Under the pieces are notes generated by a model that worked only from the letters and a program-made list of their open reading frames with translations, did no database searches and was not told where the DNA came from. DNA of 64,000 nucleotides from Octopus vulgaris (lineage: Eukaryota): positions 82,646,001 through 82,710,000 of the forward strand of contig OX597816.1 in NCBI GenBank assembly GCA_951406725.2, read 5' to 3'. The position numbers and the translations under genes are program-made. Positions 50,331 to 62,782 of this stretch are shown one piece after another; positions within the stretch are counted from its first letter, which is position 1; the number at the start of each line of letters is the position of its first letter.

Positions 50331-52550
50331 GACTGAGATATTGTAAGACTAAGAGGAAACAAGACTGAAATAGAAACCAGAAGTAGGTGAGGTTGACAGA
50401 TGGAACATTTGAAGAAATATAAGTGAAAGAAAAAGAAAATGCAATGTAATCATGTATGAAAAAAAAAAAGGAAGGTAATGTTTACTCCAAATGTTGCATA
50501 AAATCTTTAAAAAAAAAGTATTACACTACACAATTCCCATTCTCATCTATAGAAATAGTGAAATAATAATAGTGTATGTGAAATTGTATCAATGAAAGAT
50601 CTAAAATAGGTCACTATCACTATGTTAGTAACTTGACACTTCTGGTACTCAGAATAATAATAATTTATTTGCTACAAATCCAAAAATTATTCAAATACAT
50701 TAGTAAAGACATATGTTTGGGTTATACTAATATATATAAATAAAAAACACATTGGACAAGACACAGATCAACTTTTTACAAGAAAGATGTTAAGCTAGAT
50801 TATGGATAAACCCAGTACATTACTGTTTCTGAAGAAAGGAAAGATAAAGCTAACCTTAATAATAAAATACCCAAAAAACAAATTGGAAAAGAACAGCAAA
50901 ACAAGCTGAGCAGTAGAAAGGCTACTAGCAAGTAGCTTAATAACCCAAACGGTTGATATACAAAATATACATATCATAAATAAGTGGTTATTGATTTTTT
51001 TTTTAGACAGGTATTATGTGGAGGAAAGAGGTAATGAGATAATGAGAGGGATGAGGAAGAGAGCAGGATAAATTCTGTTAGTTTATTGCACTTAATAACA
51101 CCATCAATAAGTATAAATGAGTACAAATAACATCAGCTAACAATGAGAAAAAACTGGAGAACTGGTGGAGGGTGTTTTTGTTGTTAAGCTACTGGTCAGT
51201 CCTGATTGAACAGATCTATGATGAACGGCCTTCCAACTATGAACATCCCATCCTTTTCCTATATGCAGGAATCTCAGGACCCAGGTATCTTGGGCAAGTG
51301 TTTTTTATAGCCCCAAGTCAACCGAAGCCTAGTGAATCTGGTAGATGAAAACTGAAAGAAGCCTGTCATGTGTGTGTGTGTGTTTGTCCTCCACCACTGC
51401 TTGGCAACCAGTGTAGGTTTGTTTATGTCTCTGTAATGCTTCAGTATGGCTGCAGTCCTATGACTAAAACAAGTATAAAAGAAATAAAAAAAAAGATAAT
51501 GTCAAGCAACACCATAGAAGTTCCCTTTAGAATTCAAATGAAGAATGGATAAAAATCTGATTTGATAAATGTAATGGTTAACATGGAAACAAAATTAGTT
51601 GAAGAATTCAATAGAAGTCAGCTTTTCTAGAACAGACTCGTTCTAATGCGGAAGTGTATATTAGTTTAAACAGGTCATGTAAATCTATCTGTGTGTTTAT
51701 TATAGAAATGGGTGTGTATGAGTGATTGCGATTAGTTATGCTGCATGTGAAGATGTATGCACGTGTAAAGATGTGTGCAAGTGAGTGTAAATGGTTATGT
51801 TGTGTGTAAATTTGTGCCTGCCAGAATGAGTGACTGCAAATGAATGATGGCTAGTTAGAACTAATTTCAAATCCTTTCCTCTCAATTTGTGGCTTAGGTA
51901 CCAAATAGAAAGCAATCATTGTGTAACAGGAAAAACAGAAAAAAAAAGCAAGTAAAATAAGCAAACACAAGAATTCATCCCAGACTGAGTGAGACAAGAG
52001 ATTCCCTATGTGGTCACGTGACCAGCTAAAAATAACAGCTAAACTTCCCTCAAATATATCCTACTGTCTTGAAGTAACAAGGTATACACTGGATAATGTA
52101 CTCCAAGATATACAATGTTAAAGATAAGGACTTGGTGATCATTGCTGGAATATCTTTGATCACAGATCTGCTCAGTAGGTTGGCCTGGGTCTAAACAACA
52201 ACTCTCGACTGAATACTGAAATAGATCCATTATAATACTAACTACAGAGTCAGAGGTTAACAGCATACTAGACACTATCAATGTCAGAGTACATAGCTGT
52301 GCTTGCTTGCAGTTTGTCTGAGAATGGCTGATGAAAAACAGGCCTCCTACTATACCTCTTTTGTGGTTAAGTGAAAAGTAGAAAAGATAATTACTCTGAT
52401 AAAAACAATCCATCATACCAATAACATCATTAAATTATGGGTGTAAAAGTGAAGAATATATCCTCATTACTGTTTTACATCCACTTTTCCATAGGCTGGA
52501 AAGGTTTTCTGAAGCAGTCTTTTATGGCTGGATGTCTTTCATGTTGCCAA

Positions 52551-52771
52551 CCCTTTAGTATTTTGAATACTTTCTCAAGTGTAATGCTTATCTATTCATG
52601 TTGATTTAAATAACACATGCAGTATCTTGTAGCTTTGGAAGTTTGATGATGTTATTGTTTATCTTTAGTATGGCATTGTAGGATAAGTGTAAGAGGCTGG
52701 ATCCAGTCAGTTTGAATATAAAACAGGTAGAATATTTAGGACTGGATATGGTTGGTGTAAATACTAAAGGG
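52551..52771. mobile_element. piggyBac-like MITE
   Basis: Inverted ends ccctttagtattt / aaatactaaaggg with degenerate TTAA flanks (ccaa / ttag). Confidence 0.55.
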
Positions 52772-53332
52772 TTAGACCACAATTTTGGATTGGATTAAAT
52801 TGCCTATGTTTAGTCCACTGCAGGACAAAGGCCCCAGCCTGTTCTCTCCACCAACCATGGTCTGATGTGGAGGCTGTGAATTTGAGCTTGAGATCATACT
52901 GGTTTGATGAGCCTACTCTGCCACACTGGCTTGACATGGCTCAGCAGAGGGGTGCAGTTTTTATACTCTTACCCAAAGTCACTGTACTTGCTTGTCAGGA
53001 TACAGTGTAACTATTTTGAAATCAAGACATACAATAAAGATGGGAGAGTACATAAAATATTATACACACATGCCATAAACATGGCCACAGCCTTTGGATT
53101 GGAACACAAAGAATTACTGGAAATTCACGAACTCTTCATTTATTTTCTCTTCTATTTCTTCATCACTTCTTTCGCTCTGATTCTTTTCTTGCACTCTCTC
53201 TTCCTGCCACACAATTGTGTAGAAAGAAAGGAACAATACAAGAAATAAGACAATCTTTCATCCTACTGGTAATAAGACAAAATCTTTAGTGCCAGTGCCA
53301 TGATGTAATGCTCTGAGAACAAACTATGAAGG

Positions 53333-53592
53333 CAAGACTGACACAAAATAAGACCAAAACCAGTGAGACTGACAAAGTGAGATGCAGAGAAGGTGAGACT
53401 GACACAAAGTCAGACCAAAACCAGGTGAAACTGACATATAGTGAGACCCAAAGAAGGTAAGACTGACACAAAGTGAGACCCAGAGAAGGTAAGACTGACA
53501 TAAAGTGAGACCCAGAGCAGATAAGAGTGACATAAAATGAGACCCAGAACAGGTAAGACTGACAAAGTGACACCAAGAGCAGGTAAGTCTGG
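53333..53592. repeat. Second array of the same 32-bp minisatellite, ~8 copies
   Basis: Same unit and orientation as 49858-50330. Confidence 0.95.
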
Positions 53593-54619
53593 CATGGGTG
53601 GGACAATACACATACACACACAGAAATTATGCCAAAAATGGAAAGCATGAATAAGACATGGTCTACAAACCATTTAGGAGGGCCATAAATTTGAATAAAA
53701 ACTGACACAGTTCATTAGAATCCATATCCATCTGGAAAGGCTGATATAAAATGATGGGTGACTTTTAATGCAGCTTGCAGATCCATGTTGCATTAGTATG
53801 TCCCATTTTTGGGGGTATAGTTTCTGTAGCTGCATGCTTTCAGCCTTGATGGATCAAAATTCAGATATGTGACTAAAGAAAGTATTTGTGGAATTATCAA
53901 AATTCCAACCAGCTTTACATTATATTAAGAGCTTTGTCAGATTTGGTGTAATGAACTTTTCTGAATTGACAATGTATGATGATTAAATACAACACTGATC
54001 ACTGTTTTCACATAATTTGGTAATGTTATCAATAAAATGGCTAAATGTCCACATTCTTATGTTTGCCAAACATATTTTACCCAAAATATCTTCAACACAG
54101 CAAAGGCATATAAAAATTTTATTTTATAAATGTATTTATCATTCATAATTACAAATTTCTATTATATAGATTACAGTTACTACAAGCCACCTGAAGAGCC
54201 TCTTTGTGGTCACTTGATTTGCTATCAATAGCAGCCAAATCTCCAAATCAATCTTAAAGTCTAAAAAAAAAAAATATACACTGGAGTGGTCAGTGATTAT
54301 AGATCTGTTTGAGTAGAACTGATATAGGAATAAACAACAAACTTCTTATCAATAATTAATTATCACTTTACAAAGCAATGACCAAATTCCTCCATTCTCA
54401 AAGACATTATTTTAATATTCATTATGTCAGCACAAATAACAAAAAAACTACCAGAAAAAGAATTTACTATCCACTGTAAAGATGATTGGAAGTTGTGGCT
54501 GGCATGTATATGCATGTACAGTTGAGTATGTGAGCATATGTGTATATATGTGTGTGCTTCTGTGTGCATATATGTAAAAAAAAAAAACAAAATAGAAAAC
54601 AAAACAACGGAGGACTGAC

Positions 54620-54689
54620 AAGTCTCAGAAATTGATAAGTTGGATGGCTGTAACTTGATATTTAATTTTGATCTTGCATTTCTCCTGTC
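54620..54689 (-). CDS. MAP2K4: Probable upstream MAP2K4 exon (70 nt)
   Basis: gcttgtatcAG acceptor and GTCAGT donor. Translates DRRNARSKLNIKLQPSNLSISET and ends in phase 1, matching the 45127 acceptor. No homology confirmation available. Confidence 0.6.
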
Positions 54690-56214
54690 CTGATACAAGC
54701 AGCAATTAACAAGAATAAGAAAAAGAGGGAAATCAATAAGTTCCATGTGATAAACATGCAATGTAAGCAAGCTGGTTAATTAACTTTTATTTTGAATTCT
54801 TTTTTACTGAGGATTTTGATAGGAATAGGAACATGATCAGCATTTGCTCTACCTAATGGTAAATAGAACATATGATTTAGCAAAGCTCCATAGTACATAT
54901 TATACATAGATGATAGGCTATGTAGCTAGAAAATGACTATATATACATAATACAGCCTGTTATAGAATGTGTAACTATAAAGATATAGTAGTAAATTTTA
55001 AACCCCATTTGTGTTATTCTTTTTATACTTATGCCACACCAAGAACCAATACTGAGTCAGATCTAGGTTTACAATATTGGGTTTGGTACCTATATATATA
55101 TAGGTACCAAATCCAATATAAACCTGCAGTACACTACCAGCACGACACCTAATGGTTGCTTTTAACTCATACTGAACTCAATGTTATAGTACCAAGCCAG
55201 TTCTGGCATCCTACATGGTGGTGCATCTAGATTCTAATGAATCCTTAACTAATCTACAAAATCTTGCCACAACTAACTTTGCCTGTGTTAGTGCCATGTA
55301 AAAAGCATTGAGTCCACTCTGTGGAGTGGTTGGTGTTAGGAAGGGCCTCCAGCAGTAAAATCCTTGTCAAAACAGATACAGTATCCTTGGGAAGATTTTC
55401 TATCTGGCCGGCTCCTGTCAATCATCCTACCCATGCATGCATGGATGATGATGATGATCATTATTATTTAATGTCTGCCTTCCATTCTTGGATGGGTGGG
55501 ACAATACACACACACACATTTGTAAGGTGTGTGTGTGTGTGCATATAATAGCTAGTAGAGTGTGTAATATACCTGGATGTAATAATGTAATTTAGCTAAG
55601 CTATAATGAGGTTTTTATATATATATATATAGCAATTTACAGAGGGAGATAGGCTGGAGGGGAAACATATAATCAGAGAGATAGAGAAAGAGAGTCGGCA
55701 GAGAGAAAGAAAGAAACTAGGCAAAGAGGTTGGGCGAAGGCACAAGCTTAACTCAGATGTGGTGTACTTTAGCTGACCTAGAAGTTCAGTTAATTACTTA
55801 TAACATTTAAGAGATTAGGTACAAGTTCAGAACCAATCTGCAAATTAAATACTGTGTTTAAAAAATTATTGGAAATATTAAACATTCCCCATTTCGCACA
55901 TACACAAATATGTTCATTTGTTCTATCATCTTTTTAGATGATATATATTTTATGTTAGCATGGGTTAGATGAATACATGTTATTAAAGCATTACTTTATA
56001 GCTGAATGACCTTCCTATCATTAACCCCTACCTACTTATAAACAAGGGATTTTTCATTTCACTCACCCTTAAAAATACAGAGCAAGCAGAATGTGTTTTG
56101 GCATTTCTCTGCCAACATCACCGTTTATAGCCTAACACAGCTTGTAAACATTTACACTGAAATATGCTCTCACTCTCACTCACACACACACGCACACACA
56201 AATAGACAGACAGA

Positions 56215-57440
56215 ACTAGACCAGGTCATGAAAGTTACAAAAAAGGGTTATAGCTCGACTAATTAAGAAAAGAGTTAGACTAGATGAGATGCAATTTGGT
56301 TTTATGCCAGGCAGAAGCACTGTTGATGCTTTCTTTCTAGTGAGGCAATTGCAGGAGACATATTTAGCCAAAAATAAACTGCTGCACTTGGCTTTCTTTG
56401 ACCTGGAGAGAGCCATCGACCAGGTCATTGTTTCTGGATCTGGTGGTTGCTGTTCAAGACATGTTTGGGGGTACTGTCACTAAAGTGAGAGTTAACAATG
56501 AATATAGGAACAAATTTCCTGTGCAGGAAGTTCACCAAGGCTTGGTTATCTGTCCCCTCCTATTTATCATAGTCCTCTAGGCTATAACAGAGGGGTTTAA
56601 GACCAGTTGCCTGACAGAAATCCTCTAAATCTGGAATCAAAAGGTCTCACAGTTAACTTAGCAAAGACCTAGATTTAGTAAGCAGTGAAGTGCTAATCGC
56701 TTCAAGAAAATGGCTGTTTGGTAAGTTGAAAGTGTAGACAGAAATTCCATACAATGTGCTCAGTGCAAACTAAGGACTCATATAAGAGGTGTTGAAGAAT
56801 TGCAGGAAGATTAAGAGAAAGTGTAGACTTTGTTAGTGGCAGATGCACAAGAGCAGTAAATACTAAGAACTTGCAGGAAATAGATTTTCTTGAATGCCTA
56901 GGTGGTTTGCTCAAAGCTGTAGATAGCTTCTGTTATCTAAATGGCAGTTGAAGAAGATGTTCTGAGAGTATAATTGCTACAATAAGAACTGGCTAGAGAA
57001 AGTTCAGAGAGTTATTACCACTGTTGGTAACAAAAGGCCTGTCTCTCAGAGTAAAAAGTAGATTATATGACTCTTGTGTACAAACAGCAATGCTACATGG
57101 TTGTGAAATGTGGGCCATGAATGCAGAAGATATACGAAAATTAGAAATGAAGTGGGCATGCTCTACTTGATGTACAGCAACAATGTGCACATCGAACAAA
57201 GTGCAAATGTAGAGAGAAAAATTAGGAATATGAAGCATTAGATGTAGTGTACAAGAGAGAATACTGCATTGATATGGTCATTTGATGTGTATGTATGAAG
57301 ACAGCTGCATAAAGGTGTTGATTGCTAAATGTGAATGGAACTGGTGGAAAAGGGAGCACTAGGAAGGTGTGGGTCAAAGTAGTGAAGACCAAGTTTAGGT
57401 TTGTGAGCCTCACAGAGAATGACAGATAATTCACTGTGTT
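56215..57440 (+). mobile_element. Decayed RTE LINE reverse-transcriptase region
   Basis: MQFGFMPGRSTVDAFFLVRQLQETYLAKNKLLHLAFFDLERAID; VHQGLVICPLLFIIV; KFRELLPLL..KGLSLRVKSRLYDSCVQTAMLHGCEMWA. Multiple stops and frameshifts. Confidence 0.92.
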
Positions 57441-58762
57441 TGTGAAAACCCATTCATCTCCTCCAATAACGAGGCCCTAAAAATATATCATTTATGTCTA
57501 TGTGTCTTCCCTCAAGTCGTATGCTACAACTTGTTCTTCTATTACTCTTCTAACAGTACTATTTTACTCAGCTGCTGTAACTATATGAGACCAGAATATT
57601 CTATATTTCATTCACCTGTGTGGTACTGGTTACAATGCTTTTTGGAACCACTTCTTTTGCTTACCACCCACCTTGTATTGCTAATAACATTCCATACTAA
57701 TTTATTTTCCCAATGACTGTCCCTTTCCTCTGAACACCATCTCATATCATCACTCTCATTTCATAAGCCTTGTTTGTCATTCACTAAATCTACCACTATA
57801 TACCTCTGATCTCTGTCTTGGATTCTGTACATCTGTCTCTCACCCCTATATTTCACAGCATCTCCCTACTTCTCACATATCTACAGTTTTACTATACTGC
57901 AGATTTCCATCCACCGTTTACATACTGCCACTTATCACTTCCTTCCAGAGCCACTCCTGTAATGCTAGAGACATTATTATTATTCATAATGCAGTAGAAC
58001 TTTAGAAACTATAGAGCATTATATGAAATATAGTGTTACACTGCTAGACTGTACAGCAGAATATATCTATAGATTTTAGTCAACACTACGTAATAAACAT
58101 ATTTAAACAACTTGAGTTTATATACAATATCTTCAAGGAGAAAAACATGGGATAAGCAAGATTTGTTTCAATCCTGTGCTGGAATTTCATTATGACCAAG
58201 AAACTCTCTTTAAATGTCCATGAAGACACAGCTTAAAAATCTGTTATTACTAAGGGTTTAATTGGATAGATCAATTTTCATATGTAATGTATTCTTGGAA
58301 GTTAGTTTGATTAATAAACTACTGGTGTGTTAACTGTTTGGCTAAAATCTATAGATATATTTTGTAGTAAACTATAACATTAAAACAAAACACTTAACAT
58401 ACCAGTTATTTACCAACATTTGTTTTGCTCCATTATTCCCCATATTCAAAACCTGCCAGCATTGATTTTCACCCTCCATTCCACCAAAGTCAATAAACCT
58501 AAGTAGCAAGTATGTATTTTGCTCAATGCAATTGACTACACTCTTCAACAAATTCATGACCATGTGCTAATATGAGAAATCAATTTTGATATTGTTAATA
58601 CAGCAAACTGCTAGAATCTTGGACAGTATTTTATGCTTAAAATTTAAATCCTTACATGGCTGATTCTATTTTCATCTCTCTGGGCTTGATCAAATAAGCC
58701 CTATTAGTGTTATGGGATCAATTTGATTCATTATACTTTTATATCATTATTTAATAAGTTTA

Positions 58763-58975
58763 AGGTGGCGAGTTGTCAGAATCGTTAGCATGTTGGGCGA
58801 AATGCTTGGCACCATTTTTTCTGTCTTTACGTTCTGAGTTCAAATTCTGCCAAGGTCGACTTTACTCTTCATCCTTTCAGGGTTGATAAAGTAAGTACCA
58901 GTTGAACACTGGGGTTAATGTAATTGACTTATTCCCTCCCTGTTCTGGCTGGCCTTGTGCCAAAATTTGAAATCA
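58763..58975 (+). mobile_element. tRNA-derived SINE (second family)
   Basis: ggtggcgagttgtcagaatcgttagc (A-box-like)...gagttcaaattc (B-box-like)...catcctttcagggttgataaagtaagtaccag. Diverged relatives near 3050-3235 (+), 11575-11760 (-), 48680-48860 (+) and 63030-63190 (-). Confidence 0.8.
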
Positions 58976-59789
58976 TTATTTAACAAGTTTGTATCTAACT
59001 TAAAAACTGTCCCATTATTATCATTGCTAATACTTATTATACATTACTTACAATTGCACCTATCTTGAACATCCAACATTTGAATTCTCAGAATCTACCA
59101 AATTTGTAGCACATCATTTCACACACAAAATATTGAGGTTCAATGAGATGGAAAACTAATCTCATATGGACTTTCCTACAGCTGAAACACAACATAAATA
59201 TTCCTAGTCTTAGTTTGGTTACAGTGGCTTAAGCTAACACAGAGAAGAGGATCTTGCTGAGTCAGCCACAGAAATGAGCCTTGTTAGAGCTAGTGTACAC
59301 CACAGACATTGGTTGTCTGTGAAATTTATGACAGGACTGAATATTCAATTGTAGAAAATCTAACCCAGAAACCTCAAAAATGGTGCAGTCAGAAACACCA
59401 GTATGTGTCAATAGAGTCAGCACAAGATGTGCTATAAGTCTACATGTTTTGAAGCGTGTTATGTGAAACATAGGCAGCAGCTATTTTAAAAATGCAGAGC
59501 AGTATGTACAAAAATGAAGCATGTAATTGGTCTAAATTAGGCCACTGTCTGGTTTAACATCACAACCTAGTTCATGGGTGCTCTGAATGCATTTGCAACA
59601 GATCTCTTTCCCTCAATTTTACCAGCTGACATAGACCTTTAAATATTTAGAAATGCATCATTTACTGCAGTAAATCTAGTCTGAGAGTGACTACATTGAC
59701 ATAGAGTGTTGTCCTTCTCATATGACAAACTCCCAACTGCCTTAAAAAAAAATGGAAAAGAGAATTTTATATTTTATCTTTTACTTGAC

Positions 59790-60496
59790 TGTAGCCAAAG
59801 ACCTATGGTGATATGCCATGCTTGAGAAGACCTGTCAAGCCAAGTGAAACCATAGATGCCAGTATCATGTAAGAGGCACCTGTGCTAGTGGTACATAAAA
59901 AGCAACTGTTGAACGTTGGGCTTCATGGAGGCAATGAAAAGTGACTGAGACCTTGGTGATATGCTGTGCTTGAGAAGACTCATCAAGCCAAGTAAAATCG
60001 TAGTTGTGGCTGATGCCAATGTCATGAAATGGCACCAGAGCAAGTGGCACATAAAAAGCACCCATTACACTCTTGGAGTGGTTGGTGTTAGGAAGGGCAT
60101 CCAGCTGTAGAAACCATGCCAAATCAGACTGAAATCTGCTGCAGCTCTCCAGTTTCAGCCAAACTGTCTAACCCATGCCAGCATGGGAAGCAAACACAAA
60201 ATGGTTATATGTATAAGGCATCCTTGCTGGTGATACCTAAAAAGTACACATGCTGGTGACACATAACAAGCACTTGTGCTGGTGCCATGTAAAGAGCCAG
60301 TGATATGTAAAAGGCACCTGTGTCAGAGACATGCAAAAGGCACCCATGCCAGTGACACATTAAAAACACCCAGCAGTAGAAACCAATCCAAAACAGACAA
60401 TTGGAGCCCAGTGCAGCTCTCAGCTTATTATCTCCAGTCAAACCATCTAATCCATGCTAACATGGAAAACAGACGTTAAATGATGATGATGATGAT
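59790..60496 (+). mobile_element. RTE LINE 3'UTR fragments (two tails, second ending in (TGA)n)
   Basis: ggagtggttggtgttaggaagggcatccagctgtagaaaccatgcc...aacccatgccagcatgg and ccatgctaacatggaaaacagacgttaaa(tga)n. Confidence 0.85.
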
Positions 60497-60596
60497 ATGC
60501 ACAAAATATCCGCCATTTTTAATGAGGAGAAATGGAATAGTTTTAATATTCATGAATTCTTTAAAAAACATTGATAGCTTATGTAAATTACGTGAC

Positions 60597-61803
60597 ATCA
60601 TCATCATCGCTTAACATTCGCTTTGCATGTTAGCATGGTTTGACTGAGGACTGGCAAGTGAGGAGGCTATACCAGGCTCCAATCTGATCTGGCAAGATTT
60701 CTACAGCTGGATGCCCTTCTTAATACCAACCACTCCAAGAGTGTAGAGAGTATTTTTTATGTGCCACTGGCACGGGGGAGGGGGCAGTAAGGTGGCACTG
60801 GCATCAGTCATGACTACAATTTTACTATTTCACTTGACTCAACAGATCTTCTCAAGCATAAGATATTGCCTGACAAGTGAAGGGTACTTTTACGAGCTGA
60901 TTATGCAACACTAGCATTGGCCACATCTACAATCTCACTTGACTTGTCGGGTCTTCTCAATCACAGCATATATCCAAAGGTCTTGGTCTCCTGTCATTGC
61001 GTCTGAGAGACCCAATGTATGAAGGTTGTGCTTCACCACCTCATCCCATCTTCCTGAGTCTACCTTTTCCACAGGTTCCTTCCTCTGTTAGAATGTGACA
61101 CTTCTTCATATAACTGTCCTCATCCATACACAAAAATTGACCATACAAGCACAGTCGTTTCTCTTGCACATCACACTTGATGCTTCTTATGTCCAACTTT
61201 TCTCTCAGGACACTTACACTCTGCCATGTATGCATACTGACATTACACATCCAGTGGAGCATACTAGCTTTCTTTCTTTCAAGCATATGCATATCCTCAG
61301 CAGTCACAGCCCATGTTTCACTGCTGTGTAGCATGGCTGTTTATACACATGCAGTCTACCTTTCACTCTGAGCGAGAGGCCCTTTGTTACCAGCAGAGGT
61401 AGGAGCTCCCTGAACTTTGCCTAGCCTATTCTTATTCTAGCAGCTATGCTCTCAGAGCATCCACCTCTGCTACTGACTTGGTCACCTAGGTAACAGAAGC
61501 TACCAAGTACTACTAATTTTTTCCCCTGGCATGTGATGGAATCTGTTTTCAGTACATCTTTGGTGTTTATTGCCCCTGTGCATCTGCCACACACAAAAAC
61601 TATCTTCCCAGTTAACCTTCATTTGATATTGCTGCACCTCTTATGTGTTCATAGCTTACACCAGGTACATTTTATGGAGTTTCTACATACATCTTTTCTA
61701 CAGATCAAGCAGGGCCACCTACTTGAAGGGGTTTGTGATTTTTCTGCACTCCTACTTACTAAGACTTTGGTTTTTGCTAGATTGACTCTAAGGCCCTTCG
61801 ATT
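60597..61803 (-). mobile_element. 5'-truncated RTE LINE (3' ORF part + 3'UTR + (ATG)n tail)
   Basis: MLHSSETWAVTAEDMHMLER..SMLHWMCNVS...LREKLDIRSIKCDVQEKRLCLYGQ...EGTCGKGRLRK. (CAT)n at ~60597-60608. Confidence 0.9.
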
Positions 61804-62419
61804 ACGTTTGTAAAAATGAATTTGAAGCAAGAAATGATAAAAATGAATTCATAAATAAGCCCAAAACTTTAGGCAAAAGAATAATGAAAATTTCTTGTAT
61901 TGACACGATACCACAAATTGTGGTAGTTCTTTTTTTAACTTCAGTTTAGCCCTGATCATGAAGACTTGTAATCAAAAGCATTCAACCTGAAACTAGTGAT
62001 GTTTTTTTGTTAGACCCTTCCTTTTTTAAGATGATAAGGCATGATTTAAGAGAGATTTGACAGCTGTTTCAAGTATGTCATGCTCCTTAATTAGAGAATT
62101 TGTCATATTAAGTATATATATTGAATTGATTGCATTGTGTTTTATTAGTTTACTTTATCTACCTGCAGGTTGATGATTCTCCACTAATGAGATGTACCAA
62201 AACTAAAAACCAATAGATCTGCTTGGGATTGCACAAGTTTGTACTTTTCCAATTATGCTATCAACAACAAGCACAAACCCTGTTGCAAGCATCTAGTCAA
62301 TATTTTTTAAAACTCTGCATTCAGCAGAATTATGGATCAGAAGTTATTGGATAATATCTCCAATATTCAAGTTTTTACTCAGCAGCAGTGCCACTCCCCA
62401 GCTCGCACAAATATTCTTT

Positions 62420-62590
62420 TTTACTCTCTTTTACTCGTTTCAGTCATTTGACTGTGGCCATGCTGGAGCACCAACTTTAGTCGAGCAAATCGACCCCAGG
62501 ACTTATTCTTTGTAAGCCTATTACTTATTCTATCAGTCTCTTTTGCCGAACTGCTAAGTTACAGGGACATACACAGATACACAAACATAT

Positions 62591-62633
<43 letters not shown>

Positions 62634-62782
62634 TACGACGGGCTTCTTTCAGTTTCCGTCTACCAAATCCACTCACAAGGCTTTGGTCGGCCTGAGACTA
62701 TAGCAGGTGCCACGCAGTGGGACTGAACCCGGAACCATGTGGTTGGCAAGCAAGCTACTTATCACACAGCCACTCCTATGCC
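62420..62782 (-). mobile_element. Young-looking tRNA-derived SINE with internal (CA)/(TA) microsatellite
   Basis: Minus-strand head ggcataggagtggctgtgtgataagtagcttgcttgccaaccacatggttccgggttcagtccc (A/B-box-like). Retains CpGs. Relatives at ~5157-5345, 12731, 17868, 24200, 43200 and 51290. Confidence 0.85.

Noticed and set aside
62163-62202. Possible further MAP2K4 exon ending CAG|GTAGAT on the minus strand
   Set aside because: In-frame stop with the better acceptor, no ATG and no recognisable homology.
62720-62782. tRNA gene
   Set aside because: A/B-box-like head without a full cloverleaf, attached to a SINE body that recurs in the window.
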